From positions 2,500-66,499 of the forward strand of contig JALMLS010000131.1 in the NCBI GenBank assembly GCA_038496445.1: a stretch of 64,000 bases of DNA. Reading direction: 5' to 3'. Every line of letters starts with the position of its first letter. The stretch's first letter is position 1. This document shows positions 1 through 12,010 of this stretch, one piece after another. Source of the DNA: Trichosphaerium sp. ATCC 40318. Its lineage: Eukaryota; Protista; Tubulinea. The notes below the pieces were generated by a model, which ran no database searches, was not told the DNA's origin, and was given only the letters and a program-made list of their open reading frames with translations. A program made the translations under genes and the position numbers.

Positions 1-744
1 CAACTACCAAACTATTTAGACACCAAAATGATGTATTGCAATCGGATATGTTTCAAGTTATTTCTACCTGAGTCTGTAAGGTGCTCAGACTGTACAAAAC
101 CGACAAAAACTTTTGTTTCATAAAAAAAGAAATATGTAAAAAAACCCGAGGCTATTTCTCATTACACGTGCCTTCATGATAACCCAAAGCAAGTTGTGGA
201 TTCTGTTGTATATCTTCTTGTTCTACTAAATGATTATGCGATTCATTCTGGCAGGGTGGATGGACTACGGGGTATTTATTTCGAACTACGCGCAAATTCC
301 AGTTTGAAGCTTTATTTTTGCGTAAATTAGCGTAAAACCGACAATAAATCAATAACACGCACCAGATTCGCCGTAATAAAGTAGATGTTCTCCAGTTTCC
401 TTCTCGTTTCCAGGGCAAAAAGGGCACGTTGGCGTGTAGCCCTTAGGTACGCTCTTTGTCATGTTTTTCTAACGGTCTTAGAGGTAAAAATGACTATTTT
501 GGTAATTCATTGCGCTATTTTCTCTCTAATGGTATACTACTGGTACCTCTACGCGATTAAACTGATTTGGCCTGCCAGAACGGTCTGTAGCGAAAATAAC
601 CCAGTTATTAGTCCCTGGATTATACCTGAAGAAGCTAGAACTCTTTTTGCCGTTAACGTATGAACGTGATAACCGTCTATGCCCATTATTTCGTTCAGCA
701 CGTATACCACGTCTAGTAGCGCCGTAGGTATACTTTGACAACAT
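1..744 (-). CDS. GALT: Galactose-1-phosphate uridylyltransferase (GalT/HIT superfamily)-like, 5' part; multi-exon, continues beyond the left window edge
   Basis: Spliced translation gives RYNPGTNNWVIFATDRSGRPNQF, CPFCPGNE (Zn motif), WNLRVVRNKYP and GYHE, the ordered N-terminal GalT motifs. Confidence 0.85.
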
Positions 745-947
745 TTACGCTCGCAACAAAACAATAATTTGACGTTTATGAAACTTATTTAATTCTAACA
801 AACTCTCCACTCTATTTGGCTACTACGCCTAGCTTGTCTTCCACATTTATCCCCTCTATTGTTACAGCTATATGATGAGAGCAACAAGCGTTGACACCTT
901 GCGTGACAGTTTTGGTTTTTCTTCGTTTTAACGAATTGTACGTGATG

Positions 948-1473
948 CTATGGTTCGCTTGGTTCATTCATGATTTGGCGTTTGATGCATTTGTAGGCTC
1001 TAAGAAGTACTTGCTCATTTTAGCCTTTTTTGATCTATTAACAAGTTAGATTTTAACAATACAACCGCGTACGCAGTTTGCCACGCTTGTTCAGGTTTTA
1101 TAGCATGTTTAAACGACGATGTAGCAATCACATTGCAAATATCATTTCTCGTGATTGTTAAGCTGCTAACTCTAATAGACAATCGTAAATGCGCAGTTAA
1201 ACTGCATTTAGGTACTTTTGGTTTGGATGTTTAGCTTTTAGCGCTGTTTTTGCAACGAGCTCTCCGTTTTCAACCATCTCTTCAATAAACGCTTCTAGAA
1301 CTTGTTGAATAACCAACAGGCTGTTCCAGAGTTAAATTGTCAAAACTACTTTCTAAGTTTGTTATTACGCACCTAGGAGCACGAAATCGCGTGGTAGAAC
1401 CTCTATTACTAACGTGATGCCTTACAAAGTTTTGTATTTTTTTAGTTGGTGCGTTTCTGCCCTTACTAGACAT
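948..1473 (-). CDS. Small tail-less histone-fold protein (H3-like / NF-YC-POLE4-like), 4 exons
   Basis: Manual splicing over 3 GT-AG introns gives MSSKGRNAPTKKIQNFVRHHVSNRGSTTRFRAPSLLVIQQVLEAFIEEMVENGELVAKTALKAKHPNQ..LTITRNDICNVIATSSF..MNEPSEP*, matching the helix1-RF-long helix2-TI..DI-helix3 pattern. Confidence 0.6.
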
Positions 1474-1629
1474 TACGTTGCGCGGAATAATATGTAGCGT
1501 TAATGTAGTATCAATTTAAACAGTTTAAACTGTACAAAAGCGGTTGACCATCGTTGAATCGGGGAATTAGTAATTTACATTTTTTTTTTCGGATTTTACA
1601 GGTTCACGGCTTGCTTTTGCCACGTTTTA

Positions 1630-2115
1630 CTATACTTGTTTAAGTATCTTAATATTTTGTGTCATGCTCATAACGTGTGGCGGATCGCATCTTTCGATGA
1701 AGTCGGCAGAAGCCAAAGTAACATTATCGCTTAATTGAGAAAAAAGTGGTTGGAAAATAGTCGATTTTTCAGTTTCTGGAATGACTGTGCACTCCTTAAC
1801 GCAGTGCTTAGCTATAGATAAAGCAATCTAGGAATGAGTTAGACATACTACAATGCAAAAGTGTTTGTAACAGCGTACCAGGCAATCATTCTTTCGAGAT
1901 TGTTTAAGTTTAGTTCCGGAGTAATAAGCTGTCTTGCACTAATCGTTATGAGTATTATAAGCATACTTCGAGCAGTATTGACGTACTATAAGTTGTGTCT
2001 GTTGCATTAAACATACAACAAGCACAGGTCGTTGATTCTGTTTAAGGTTTTCTCCAGATTGTAACAATCTACATATTATGGCATTCAGTGCCTTTTTCTG
2101 TTTCTCTACACTCAT
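1630..2115 (-). CDS. Hypothetical protein, 3 exons
   Basis: MSVEKQKKAL... splices in frame over two GT-AG introns to ...KILKQV*. No recognised motif. Confidence 0.45.
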
Positions 2116-2228
2116 CGATTTATCTATATCTGTGTGAAACATTGTGCTAACAAAATCTAGTAGAGGAATATCGTTGAACACATGAACCGGGAAAATAGTT
2201 TTTTTGCCGGGGTAATTATTTAAGGATT

Positions 2229-2432
2229 TTACAGAAGCTTTCTAAAAAAACACGTGTCAGAGGAAATATGCTAATCGCCAAAATGGCGATTGACTCTTTT
2301 TTTAGTTTACTGCAAAAACCGAAAACTTACTTTTGCTTTCAATTTTTTTAAAACTCCTTTTTGAGCTTCTAGTATATCCTCTAGCCTCTCTATACGATCT
2401 AAATATTCTTTATCATCATTGCTCCTTGACAT
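2229..2432 (-). CDS. Short coiled-coil peptide ORF (possibly the 3' part of a small gene)
   Basis: MSRSNDDKEYLDRIERLEDILEAQKGVLKKLKAK, then a strong GTAAGT donor and KLL*. Confidence 0.3.
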
Positions 2433-2858
2433 TTTAACAGTCTAATAGGTATGTGACCGGAGTAACGGTTTCTCGTTTAGGTATTGTTAAAGCAAGTAAC
2501 GAAAAGCGTTACACAAAATGACTTAACTAACTTAAGTGAAGAGAATATTGTACAGCACACAGCTCGCTATCCTAAGGTTGCACACTGGTTTTGTCCGTAC
2601 CATTAGACGCGTAGGAAATTATTTATCCGATTCTACAAACAAAAAAAACTCAACAAGATACAGTGGACACGATTTTTTAACATGAGTGCAAACAAACATA
2701 TTGAAAGCTTTACAATTTTTTTTATTATTATTTTTTTAGGATATGTTGGTTAGTACACAACTCAAAAGACACTATGCCTTTCGACAAAGATGTAATTATG
2801 CTTGTCACTTACGATCCTCGCGACTATTGTACAAGGTTAATTCACAAAATAACAAGAA

Positions 2859-5800
2859 CTATAAAACATACGGAGGACTTGCTGAGCGGTCTCGGCTTGT
2901 ACTTCTGCTACGTGATTTGCTCTCATCCTTATCTCGCCTATCTTTGCTCTTACTACGACTTCTACTTCTTCGCCTACTAGAACGATCGCGATACGACCTG
3001 TCATATCTACCGTGAAAAAGAAAAATAAGTCTACTGTTCACAAAAAAAAAGGTCTAAGAAAAGTATGCCACCCTACCTGTCTCTACCACCTCTTCGCCTA
3101 TCACCACCACGCTCGCGGTCATAACCTCTATCTGAACGATAATCACGGCCCCTTCTTCCGCCATCACGGTACCCTCCACGACCTCTACTGCGATAACCAC
3201 CGCCATAGTAGTCTCTAGAACCTTCATACCCTCCTTCGCCACCTTCCATGCCACCTTGGCCATAATAGTAACCTAGAAATTTATTAAGGGGTAAAAAACG
3301 CAAGCTACTAAAGAAAGCACATCTAACGTGGACCAAAGGTACGTTGTCACGTGAGTTCTTTAAAAAATAAATCGTACTGTAGTATTTTTTCCAATATTCT
3401 TCAATGTCTTCTTGTGAGTATTGCTGTTGTTGCTGTCTAGCTCTCTTTAACTCAGCAGGTAGACCGTCATATCCTCCTTCACGTGGGCGCTTTCTAGAGT
3501 TCTGAAAAACCCGTCAAATAACGTAACACTCAACCAAGTAAAACGACTTACATGCTTCCCGTCTCCACCTTGCTTAAATCCACCATCATTATTATACTTT
3601 TTAAAGTCCCCACCGTTTGGTGGACCATTACCATCGTGCCCAGGCTTCTTTATTAAAGACCTTGGGAATTTATCAGAGAAGTTATCTGGAGGCGGTCCTC
3701 CTTGGTTAAAGTGTTGAGGCCTGCCACCGCCACCGCCACCATCATTATCACCCTAAAGATAGGGTGAGTAAACGTTAGTTTAGATTGTATTGTTCGTACA
3801 TAGCTTCCGCCCTCTCCAGGTCTATTGGAGTATGTATTGTTCATAGAAGGCTTGAATCCCTTAATTTGTAGATTAGAAAAAAAAGAGCCAAGCACGTGTT
3901 TCACTTACGTTAGATGTACCAATAGGAACAACAGATTCACCAGTTTCCCAATTAAATCGCTCTGTAGCTCCAAATCCGCGAGCCCATCCAACCTTCATTG
4001 GACGACCTTCAAGAAGCATATCATGGGTAGCCTATGATTCTATTAAACCAAAAAACCAAACTACAACCCAGGACCCTCCAAGATGTCTCAAAAACAGAAC
4101 AACAAAAAAAATCACGTGAAGAGGAGAAAGAAAAAAAATAGACTCAGTTCAGACTCCTTTCATTGTGTACCTCTCTAGCTTTTTCAGCACCTGCTCGATC
4201 ATAGAAATTACAGAAAGAAATGTGTTTGTGCGCCAAGTACTAAAATTGAGTTTATAAACACAATACCGTACACTACAATGTTTCTTATTAAGAAACAAAC
4301 AAATACAAACCTTTACAGATCTTATAGCACCGTGTTGACAAAATATAGCAAACAACATTTCTTGGCTTACAGTAGGTGCCAGATTTCCAACAAATAATGT
4401 AGTACTTAACACTAAAAAGGAGATAATGTTAGTACAGTCTTTGTAACAATAAAAAAAATCAATGTGGCCTACCTTTACGATATCCTGGAGCTACCTGCCA
4501 ACTCCCATCACTCTCGTCTTTTGGTGGAGGTGGTAGAGAGTTCTGCTAAAGATAGTTGTAAGCACTTTTGGTCACCAAACTATTAATGTATGTGGCGTAC
4601 TTGTTCTTGCTCTTGTTGATTAAATAATTGTTGTGGAGGTACAAGCATAGCTTTGTTTGACCTATTATAATGTAAGACGTAAAGAATAAAAGCTTAGGTA
4701 ACGTGGTTTTACTGTTTAACATGTCTAGCATTTAAACTTAGTACTTACGCTTGTGAAGCAATAGCTACAGCCTCTTTTGTTCTTCTCTCGGCAGCACTCT
4801 GCTGCTCTTGTCGTCTACGGTTTTCCTCTTCTTCTCGTAGTCTCTGTTGTTCTGCTATTCTACTAGCATCATCTGTTTCCTCATCATAATCGAACAGTGG
4901 GTTTGGCACCTTATTTACTGCAACAGGTTATTAGTGATCAGCGTGAGTTAAGAACTACGCTCTTATATACGAACCTTGTGGTTGTTGAATGGTCTGAATA
5001 GGTTGTGCACTTCCAGGGGGCGTTGAAGGCCGAGGAGGTGTGCGAGAACCTAAGAAATGGTAAGATATCATTCAATTGAAAGAGCAGGCTTACTGTTCAA
5101 GTTTTGGTGTCCGTTCCATCCAGCATTGTTCTGTTGGTATCCTTGTGGCGGTGGGTAGTTAGGCGGAGGTTGTTGATATTGTCTACCAAAGTCTCCTATA
5201 TCCAACAATCAATACAGACCAAAGAAAGTAGAAACTACAAAATAGATACTTACCTTGTTGATTGTAACCTTGTTGATACGAGTTTGGTGCATTTCCACCC
5301 ATATTATTCTGTTGGTATCCTCCTTGATTAGGTGGATAACCACCTTGATTAGGCCACTGGTTTTGTTGTATTTGCTGTGGTGGCATACCACCTCCTTGAA
5401 AATTGTTTGTTGGAGGTGCTTGTTGAGGTAACTGTACACCTGCATAACAGGTAAGCGATGCATTCTACTGAAACAATACCAACAAAAAGTAAAAAAACTG
5501 GGTTTGACTCCGCAAACCGGCTGAGTATGGGTACGAGCTCAGTTCTGCTATCCTCCCGCTTACCACGATGGAAGCTTTTCCCTGCTCTGTTTCCAGCCTG
5601 AGGCGGTTTACCTCTCATTATCAACCAGGATCTCTCCACCTCCGCGGTGAAACCCCTGTTGGTCGATGGCACGAGAGGACAGAACATCAACACCCGAGGA
5701 TCCCACCTCACATCCGGTCACGTAGTCATTCCCAGTCTTTAAATGGCCTACTGCTAGTAGTTACAGGTATTCGCTACACACCCGCCGATAGAGAAATGCA

Positions 5801-6614
5801 AACATAGACTTTTTAAACACTCGCTAGCGAGAATAAAATTTGTTGTGGGTTTGATTTGTTTTACGATCATTTCTTCCTTTACGCGGTTTACAAAAGGTAC
5901 AGTACCTTCTGGTGCTTGGCCTGTCTTTGCCATAATCACCAAAGCAAGTGCTTGTAATATCTCTTGGTTGAACAAGCCTCCTTTACCCCATATACTTACA
6001 ACCTTACGCACAGAACGCTAAAGTTCGCTGTTAGTACGGAAAAAATGCATAATAAAAGAAAACGATCAAAACTTATAGTACACGCGTTAAAACGCTACAA
6101 GTCCGGTATTTTTACGCGTACCCTATCCTTTTCTACACATTCCAACACCTGAGTAATTGTAGTCACGATATTCTTTGCAAATCTATCTGCATACGTTCTG
6201 TCACTTCCATACTTGTTTCTGAATACTTTACAGATAGAATCTACAAGGTACAAACCAGACAAGCGAAATTCAGGCTGTGCCCTTGCGATGAATCGCTCGA
6301 TAAGGTACACAACATCTTTGTAATTCTATACACTACAATAAAAAGCAATTCGTTTGAAAGAAAAGAACAAATTTATTTTTTCGCCCGTTACAAAAGTTAC
6401 AAAGGCACAAAACGAAGTTTTTTTCTAATTTGCTAAAACGCTCTTTTCCTTCATTAATACAAACTACAGTACACAGGTACGAAACAATACATACTTTGCG
6501 ATACTTCAGAGCTAGTTTTGTAACCGAAGCTACACGACGAGCAGATACTGGCGGTTTTTTCTTAGATATTGCTGCCAATTCTTCTGTGAGTTCGTCTTCG
6601 CCATCCCATGACAT
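2859..6614 (-). CDS. Pol II CTD-interacting (CID) + RRM + RGG/RS protein, Nrd1/Seb1/SCAF4/SCAF8 family; many exons
   Basis: N-terminal CID (PPVSARRVASVTKLALK..RLSGLYLVDSI..RFAKNI..KVVSIW), a Q/P/G linker, an RRM (STTLFVGNL..KVGWARGFG..TGESVVPI) and C-terminal RGG and RS tracts. Confidence 0.9.
5492..5786 (-). ncRNA. Signal recognition particle (SRP/7SL) RNA, about 295 nt, nested in an intron of the CID-RRM gene
   Basis: Minus strand: 5' Alu domain GGCGGGTGTGTAGCGAATACCTGTAACTACTAGCAGTAGGCC with the UGUNR motif; helix 6 with a GGAG tetraloop; helix 8 CAGGCTGGAAACAGAGCAG (human CAGGTCGGAAACGGAGCAG); helix-5 pairing of ACTGGGAATGACT with AGTCAAACCCAGT; ends in a T7 run. It is a GC-rich island in an AT-rich intron. 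Confidence 0.92.
5811..5850 (-). promoter_or_regulatory. Upstream sequence element (DUSE-like ACCCACAA at -64..-57) plus TATA-like TTTAAAA (about -31..-25) for the SRP RNA gene
   Basis: ACCCACAA (plus-strand ttgtgggt, 5843-5850) matches the Dictyostelium upstream element WCCCAYAA in sequence and in its roughly 60 nt spacing from the RNA start. Confidence 0.7.
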
Positions 6615-6893
6615 GGTAATATTTATCTAATTGACTTCACGCAATGGCAGAGAGTTCGCTAAATACAAGCCAAGAATGATAGTCAAACAATTTATGTAGA
6701 CTTTGAACTGAGACACCAGCATCGTAGTGACGTTAAACACGAGTTTGTTAGTTCGCTAGCCGCATTTTGTTATTAGTTTTGACCTGTGGTGTCTAAAATG
6801 CCAAATGAGATTACTGGATTGCTTACGGCTACTAGTTAGCTACCGTAGAGCTAAAAGCGCATTAAAGTAAGTTTTGACACGAAATGTTTCAAC

Positions 6894-9399
6894 TAATGAT
6901 GTTGGTTTAAGAATAAACTGCAAATTCATATTTATTTGGAAGTGGTCAAAAGTTATTTTTATTTATTCATATAATCATTTGTGTTCATCTTGGAGCAAAT
7001 GGTTACGACACACAGAGTACTTACAAACACGAGTAGGAGAGAGTCTGTTTCTATCATTAGTAATTAAGCGACTAGCCTGTGAAAAGCTTCTTTCAGTCAT
7101 TGCTTGAGAGGCTGGAATCGCTAAATATTTCTGAGCCAAAGATGCTAAGATTGGATACTTTTCTTTGTTTGTTCTCCACCATCTAAGCTCTTCGCCATCA
7201 TTAGTGGTTTTTATCGGTGGTTCTACCTTGTATCTTTCTAGTTCTTTGCTTGTATCAAGCGGAGTAGTAGGGGATGGTGCACTACTAAACAGAAGTAAGT
7301 AAACATTGAAACAAAAAAAAGTAAAACAGAAAAAAGACCAATACGTGAAGAATTGTCTCGCTTCTCCTGCTTCTGAAACTCCTCCTCTAGTGCTCACTGC
7401 ACTAGGTACTTCACCTTCAATACCCTTATTGTACAGTTAGTACGCATTATGTAAATTATTGTACTGTAGGCATGTTCTCATCTCTTGATACAGCTACAAG
7501 TTCATTAAATTCGGCTTCTAATATTTCCCAAGCTTCATCCTCGTCTCCATCAGTGAGGTGGTTGCAGCCCTTAAAGCGCGGATCAAGGACTGTTGCTAAG
7601 AGGGTAACAACAGGGAGCTCATCTCATATGAGACGTATGGCATTGAGATAGTTTGTAGCCACATTTTTGGTTTGTATTTGCATTTCATCAAGATTTTCAT
7701 TTTCGGCAATTTCTTCCACTACACAAGTCAGTAAAAAACAATAATGAAGCTAAACAACACATACACGGATGAATCATCTCTTGGAGAAGCTTTTCTATCT
7801 TTTCTAAGGCCACCAACACCCATGATTGCGTTGTGTACTTCTCTGCTTCGAGAATTTCAATAGCATAAACTGTTGGTTGAAACAAAAGAATCATGTTCTC
7901 AATAAAACTCCATTTCTCAAAGGAAAACTCAGGTACGTATGGCTACAAACAAAGTAAATATTTACACGTGCACAAAAAAACCAGTACATACCCTAAATCT
8001 ACTATCACATACTAGTCGGTAGTTTGTAAGCATTCGTCTCATTTCGTGAGCTTTTTTCAACATTGTAATTGTTGATGAGAAGCGTGTACAAGTATCACGT
8101 GGCAGTTTTTTGTATTGGTCACTGCAAAACGCTTTCCAGGCGCGTCTAAACGGATCTGAGCAGCTACACCTCGCAATAAACACTCTTAAGGGCTTGAGAA
8201 TGCTTTCTTCAATTTCTGGGATTAATGCTTTACGCATTGCGTTATTCAAGATGTGACAGAGGCAGCGAAGGTCAGTAACCATTCTAGGGTACCACCAATT
8301 AATTTTATACAAGAACAATGGTAGTTAAACGTACTCAGAGGTATATTTCGCCACTTGGGCGAGTGTGTCTCTGCGAAGCTTTCTTGAAGAAAAGTAAGAA
8401 CAATAAATAATAAAAAAAACCCACAAAAAAAACTAGTCGTACCCAATAGTGAATTTAACTGAGGCCAATTCGCCTCCATCTGTTACACCAGCAACTGGTA
8501 AAACACCATCACCTAGCCACGCCACGTTTGAGCCATCCCACTCTCCACAAAGTACGTCAGCTACAAGTGAACCAATAGTTACCGCTGCCAAAAAAAGTAA
8601 GCAAAAAAAAAGTTTAAACAAAGTTGTTTCGTGCCTTTGTGGTCTTCTTCACAAGGCACCACACCTACCAACTTACGACACAATACATAGTCATCGGATA
8701 TCCAATGCATTGATATGCCAGCGTAATATTCTTTGGAAACTTTACTTTTCCAAAGATCGACTGCAAAGGTTGGTGACTTCGCTGTTTGAGTTATCAGCTT
8801 AGCTTCATTTATTGTTTTGTCGCTGAGTGCATCAGCCCGTAAAGTGATCTTGTTTCTCCCTGGTAGAATGAACCCAGGTACAGCATAATTAAACAATAGT
8901 TTAAAGTACCGTTTTGATACGAGGTGAAAAGGAAGATTGTGAGCAACAAAACAAATAGCCAACAAATCTATCAATTTCTAGCGAACAATTAGAAATTGCA
9001 AAAAACCACTTGTTATTACCTCTTGTTCCCCCGGTAATAAAGGCCGAATGGTTCTGGACACATACTTGTCCATAGGACCTGTTTTATCTTCTCCGTCAGC
9101 AAAAGAGTCTGTTTTGGAGTCGTAGCCATGTTTGGTGCGTAAGTGAGTTAACAGGTTGCTTGTTGATGTTCCTTTAGGTCGAGGCACAAAACAACTACAA
9201 CGTTTACACTGAAAGCCTCCATCAACATGTACAAAGTGTTTATACACTGGTGATCGCAGAGTACGAATACTACAAACCACTGTGTTTTTGGGCTCAGCCA
9301 TCTCGATGAATTGTGTAAATTCAAAAAGTCAATTCATAGTCCAATTTTTTTTGGTGTATTCAAATTTATTCTTTATTTATTCTTAAACCAACATCATTA
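6894..9399 (-). mobile_element. Autonomous-type hAT DNA transposon, 2506 bp
   Basis: Perfect 24-bp TIRs TAATGATGTTGGTTTAAGAATAAA (6894-6917 and 9376-9399), perfect 8-bp TSD GTTTCAAC (6886-6893 and 9400-9407), and an internal transposase gene. Confidence 0.95.
6975..9301 (-). CDS. hAT transposase (BED finger, DDE core, C-terminal dimerisation domain), multi-exon; 3' end approximate
   Basis: BED finger SPVYKHF..CKRC..GTSTSNLLTHLRTKH; catalytic AVDLW, VTDGG and TERSFS; CLCH (CxxH); LDPRFK; WWRTNKEKYPILASLAQKYLAIPAS. Confidence 0.9.
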
Positions 9400-9445
9400 G
9401 TTTCAACCCAAAAACGCAATAAGATAACGAATCGCTAGCACTACA

Positions 9446-11818
9446 ATGTTGCGTGGAATAATTTTTTTGGTAAGTGCATAAATTACATTATTGTATTATA
9501 AAAACAATACGCGCGCTTTTACGCAATACTGCCGCCCTACTCACTTCATAGGATGCACCACACGTTTTTTTGTGCAGCAGTGTCGCTTTGTTCGTTTTTT
9601 GTTTTGTTGCATGCAGAAATAGCAGGCAAGTCATATTGCGAGCGCCACCGAAGCTAATCAAGCTGTGTAGATCCAGAAGTTTTGAATCATTGAGTACTTC
9701 CTTTTGCTGTGCAACTAAGTCTCGCACTTTATTGCTCCACGGAAACAAAGCACGTTGCTAACGCTGAGTAGATTTCGATGGATTCTTCGCTCAAGATATT
9801 GATATAACGAGCGACGGACTTTTAGTTATTGCAACAGCGTCTGGCGTTGCTCTTCGTGGTTGTAGCTTATTGTTTATGGAATTAACCAACGGTACTCCAA
9901 TTGTAACACAAATCAAGTAACCGCCCTAAAAGGTACCATTCTACACAACCTTACAACATGGGAAGGTGGCGCATTTAGTGACAACCAGCCTCAGACCGTA
10001 CAAGTGGTAGCAAGTGGTAACATAATAACAGCGAAAACAACACCATCTGCAATAGTACGTACTCAAAAAGTGTCACCAGATTTTTCTTTAGAAAAAGGTG
10101 ATAACTTCCAAAAAGAAAAACTTTTTACTTGGGCGAGTAACCTTAGTCTATGGAAGTTTTATTCCTTCCATTAAATCTATAAAGACTAAGTAAAATTACA
10201 TTGATTAGAAGTGGTTATGCTCGTGACTTGCATTATCTTGTAAATAGCCTAACTTTGTTTAGACGATATTTAATTCGTCACGGGATCCTGTTCGAACACT
10301 TTCAGCGTCAGCTAATGGTATGTCAGTTTATAGTACTTTTTTTCCAATGTAGGAACCTAAATTTAATGTAGTGGCTCAAGCATGCCTACCTTTTCCAGAA
10401 GACACAAGATTAAAAGCTTCAGATTATACATGGAAACAAGTAGCAATAAATTCTGAAGAAACACAAGTTGCCATCTCAATGAGGCTCGGGTTTATAGTTG
10501 TATTGAGTATAGTGGATGGTACGTGCTGTTTTTATTTTTGTTTTGTAATAAACTGTCTTTCTGATGGATCCCCGTTTATTTTTAGACACATTTCTATATT
10601 GTATTCCACTTCCTGTTGAAGGACCTCAGGCTTTTAGAAGCATTATTGGTCAAGGTATTAATTTTGTAAGCAGTGAACTACTACTGGCTACAACATACAC
10701 AATATCAGATACAACTAGTGGTGGCGTTTATCTTTTAAATCACACTTGTGCGTGGCTTGTGCTTTTTTTCTAAAAGTTTTTCGATTCTTATAGATTATTA
10801 GCTGTAATTCGCGAAGTTGCTGCTCCAGAAAATGTTACTGATATTGACTACTTTCAAGTAAAGGTGTGGGGTGCCAATTTTGTAATTGGAGCATCTTCAA
10901 GGTATGGTTTACTTGAAAACGTTGCTGAAGGCAGTCTGATGTTCTTTGGAAACTGTACTGGAACATGCCAATCAGGTGTTGTTCTCCCAAGTGGTGCGAA
11001 CACTACTTAGTTTATTGTTTCTTCGCAGATCTAATTGTGTAATAAAGGCGGGTTTGTTGCGGCCGTAGAAAACACAGTAGATGTATATTCACCACTAGTG
11101 CTGCCTCCCTCGACAGTTCCACCTACGACCATGGCACCTACCACAACAGCGGCGCCCACAACTATGGCGCCTGTAGACCCTAATTGTGAGATACCATCAT
11201 GCGAAAATGTAACTATTACACATCGTGTTTTGAATTTAACACGTGCTGGTTTTGAAAGGTAAGATAAGATTGGTTTTTTTCTTTTGGTGTTAGTTAATTC
11301 TAGTTTTCTTCTTTAGGGACTGCAGTATTAGAAAATGTAACGTTTGTGCTTCCTACTAATATTATCAACGACCAAGCACCTATTGTGTTTGCAGACACTT
11401 GTCCTGATATTCGTAATCTGACAATAATTACTTCCGAAAATGATGGTGGAATGTACCCTGTTACTATAATCTCAGTACCTGATTTTTGTACTGATCTTGA
11501 TTTCACACAAATTAAGGTCGATGAAGACCTTTGCACTAGAACAGGCAAGTATACTTTAAGTGAATTACTGTTTATTTATTATTTTTTATTATCGTAGATA
11601 CCTCAAGGTTAGGTATAGTTAATATATTGCTTTCACAATGCTCTACTGAGTCAAGTATTTCAAATAGTATTCCTACATGGATGTGGATTGCTGGTATAGG
11701 TGATTTTGTGGCTATTATGGTGGCTGTTGTTTCATTTATGGCGTTGTACAAGAAAATGAGGAGGAAGAAACAGCTCGCTAGTAACTTCAATTTTCCTGTT
11801 GCAGTAGCTTCACAATAG
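9446..11818 (+). CDS. Single-pass cell-surface protein (beta-rich ectodomain, Pro/Thr stalk, TM helix, short basic tail); 5' exons uncertain
   Basis: Spliced exons with beta-propeller-like segments, stalk PPSTVPPTTMAPTTTAAPTTMAP, and TM WMWIAGIGDFVAIMVAVVSFMALY followed by KKMRRKK. Confidence 0.6.
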
Positions 11819-12010
11819 TGTCAATTGAAACAGGTATTGTAAAAGGAATATAATAAAGCAATTAAATACATTTTTCAATGCTGACTTGTCAAAAATCAAA
11901 AAAAAAAAACCACGAGAATCGTGTTTTGTCTCAATGAATTACTCAGAACTGTTTACTCGCTCTGTTTTGTTTTCTTTCTTTGTTGAAGCCGCTTCTTGTC
12001 TACTTTAAAA

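Noticed and set aside
5349-5807. ORFs 5349-5711 (-) and 5568-5807 (+)
   Set aside because: These are by-products of the GC-rich SRP RNA sequence and have no protein motifs.
8419-8426. Other WCCCAYAA matches (for example near 8419, 18885, 37992 and 56348)
   Set aside because: They lie within genes with no structured RNA about 60 nt downstream, as expected by chance.
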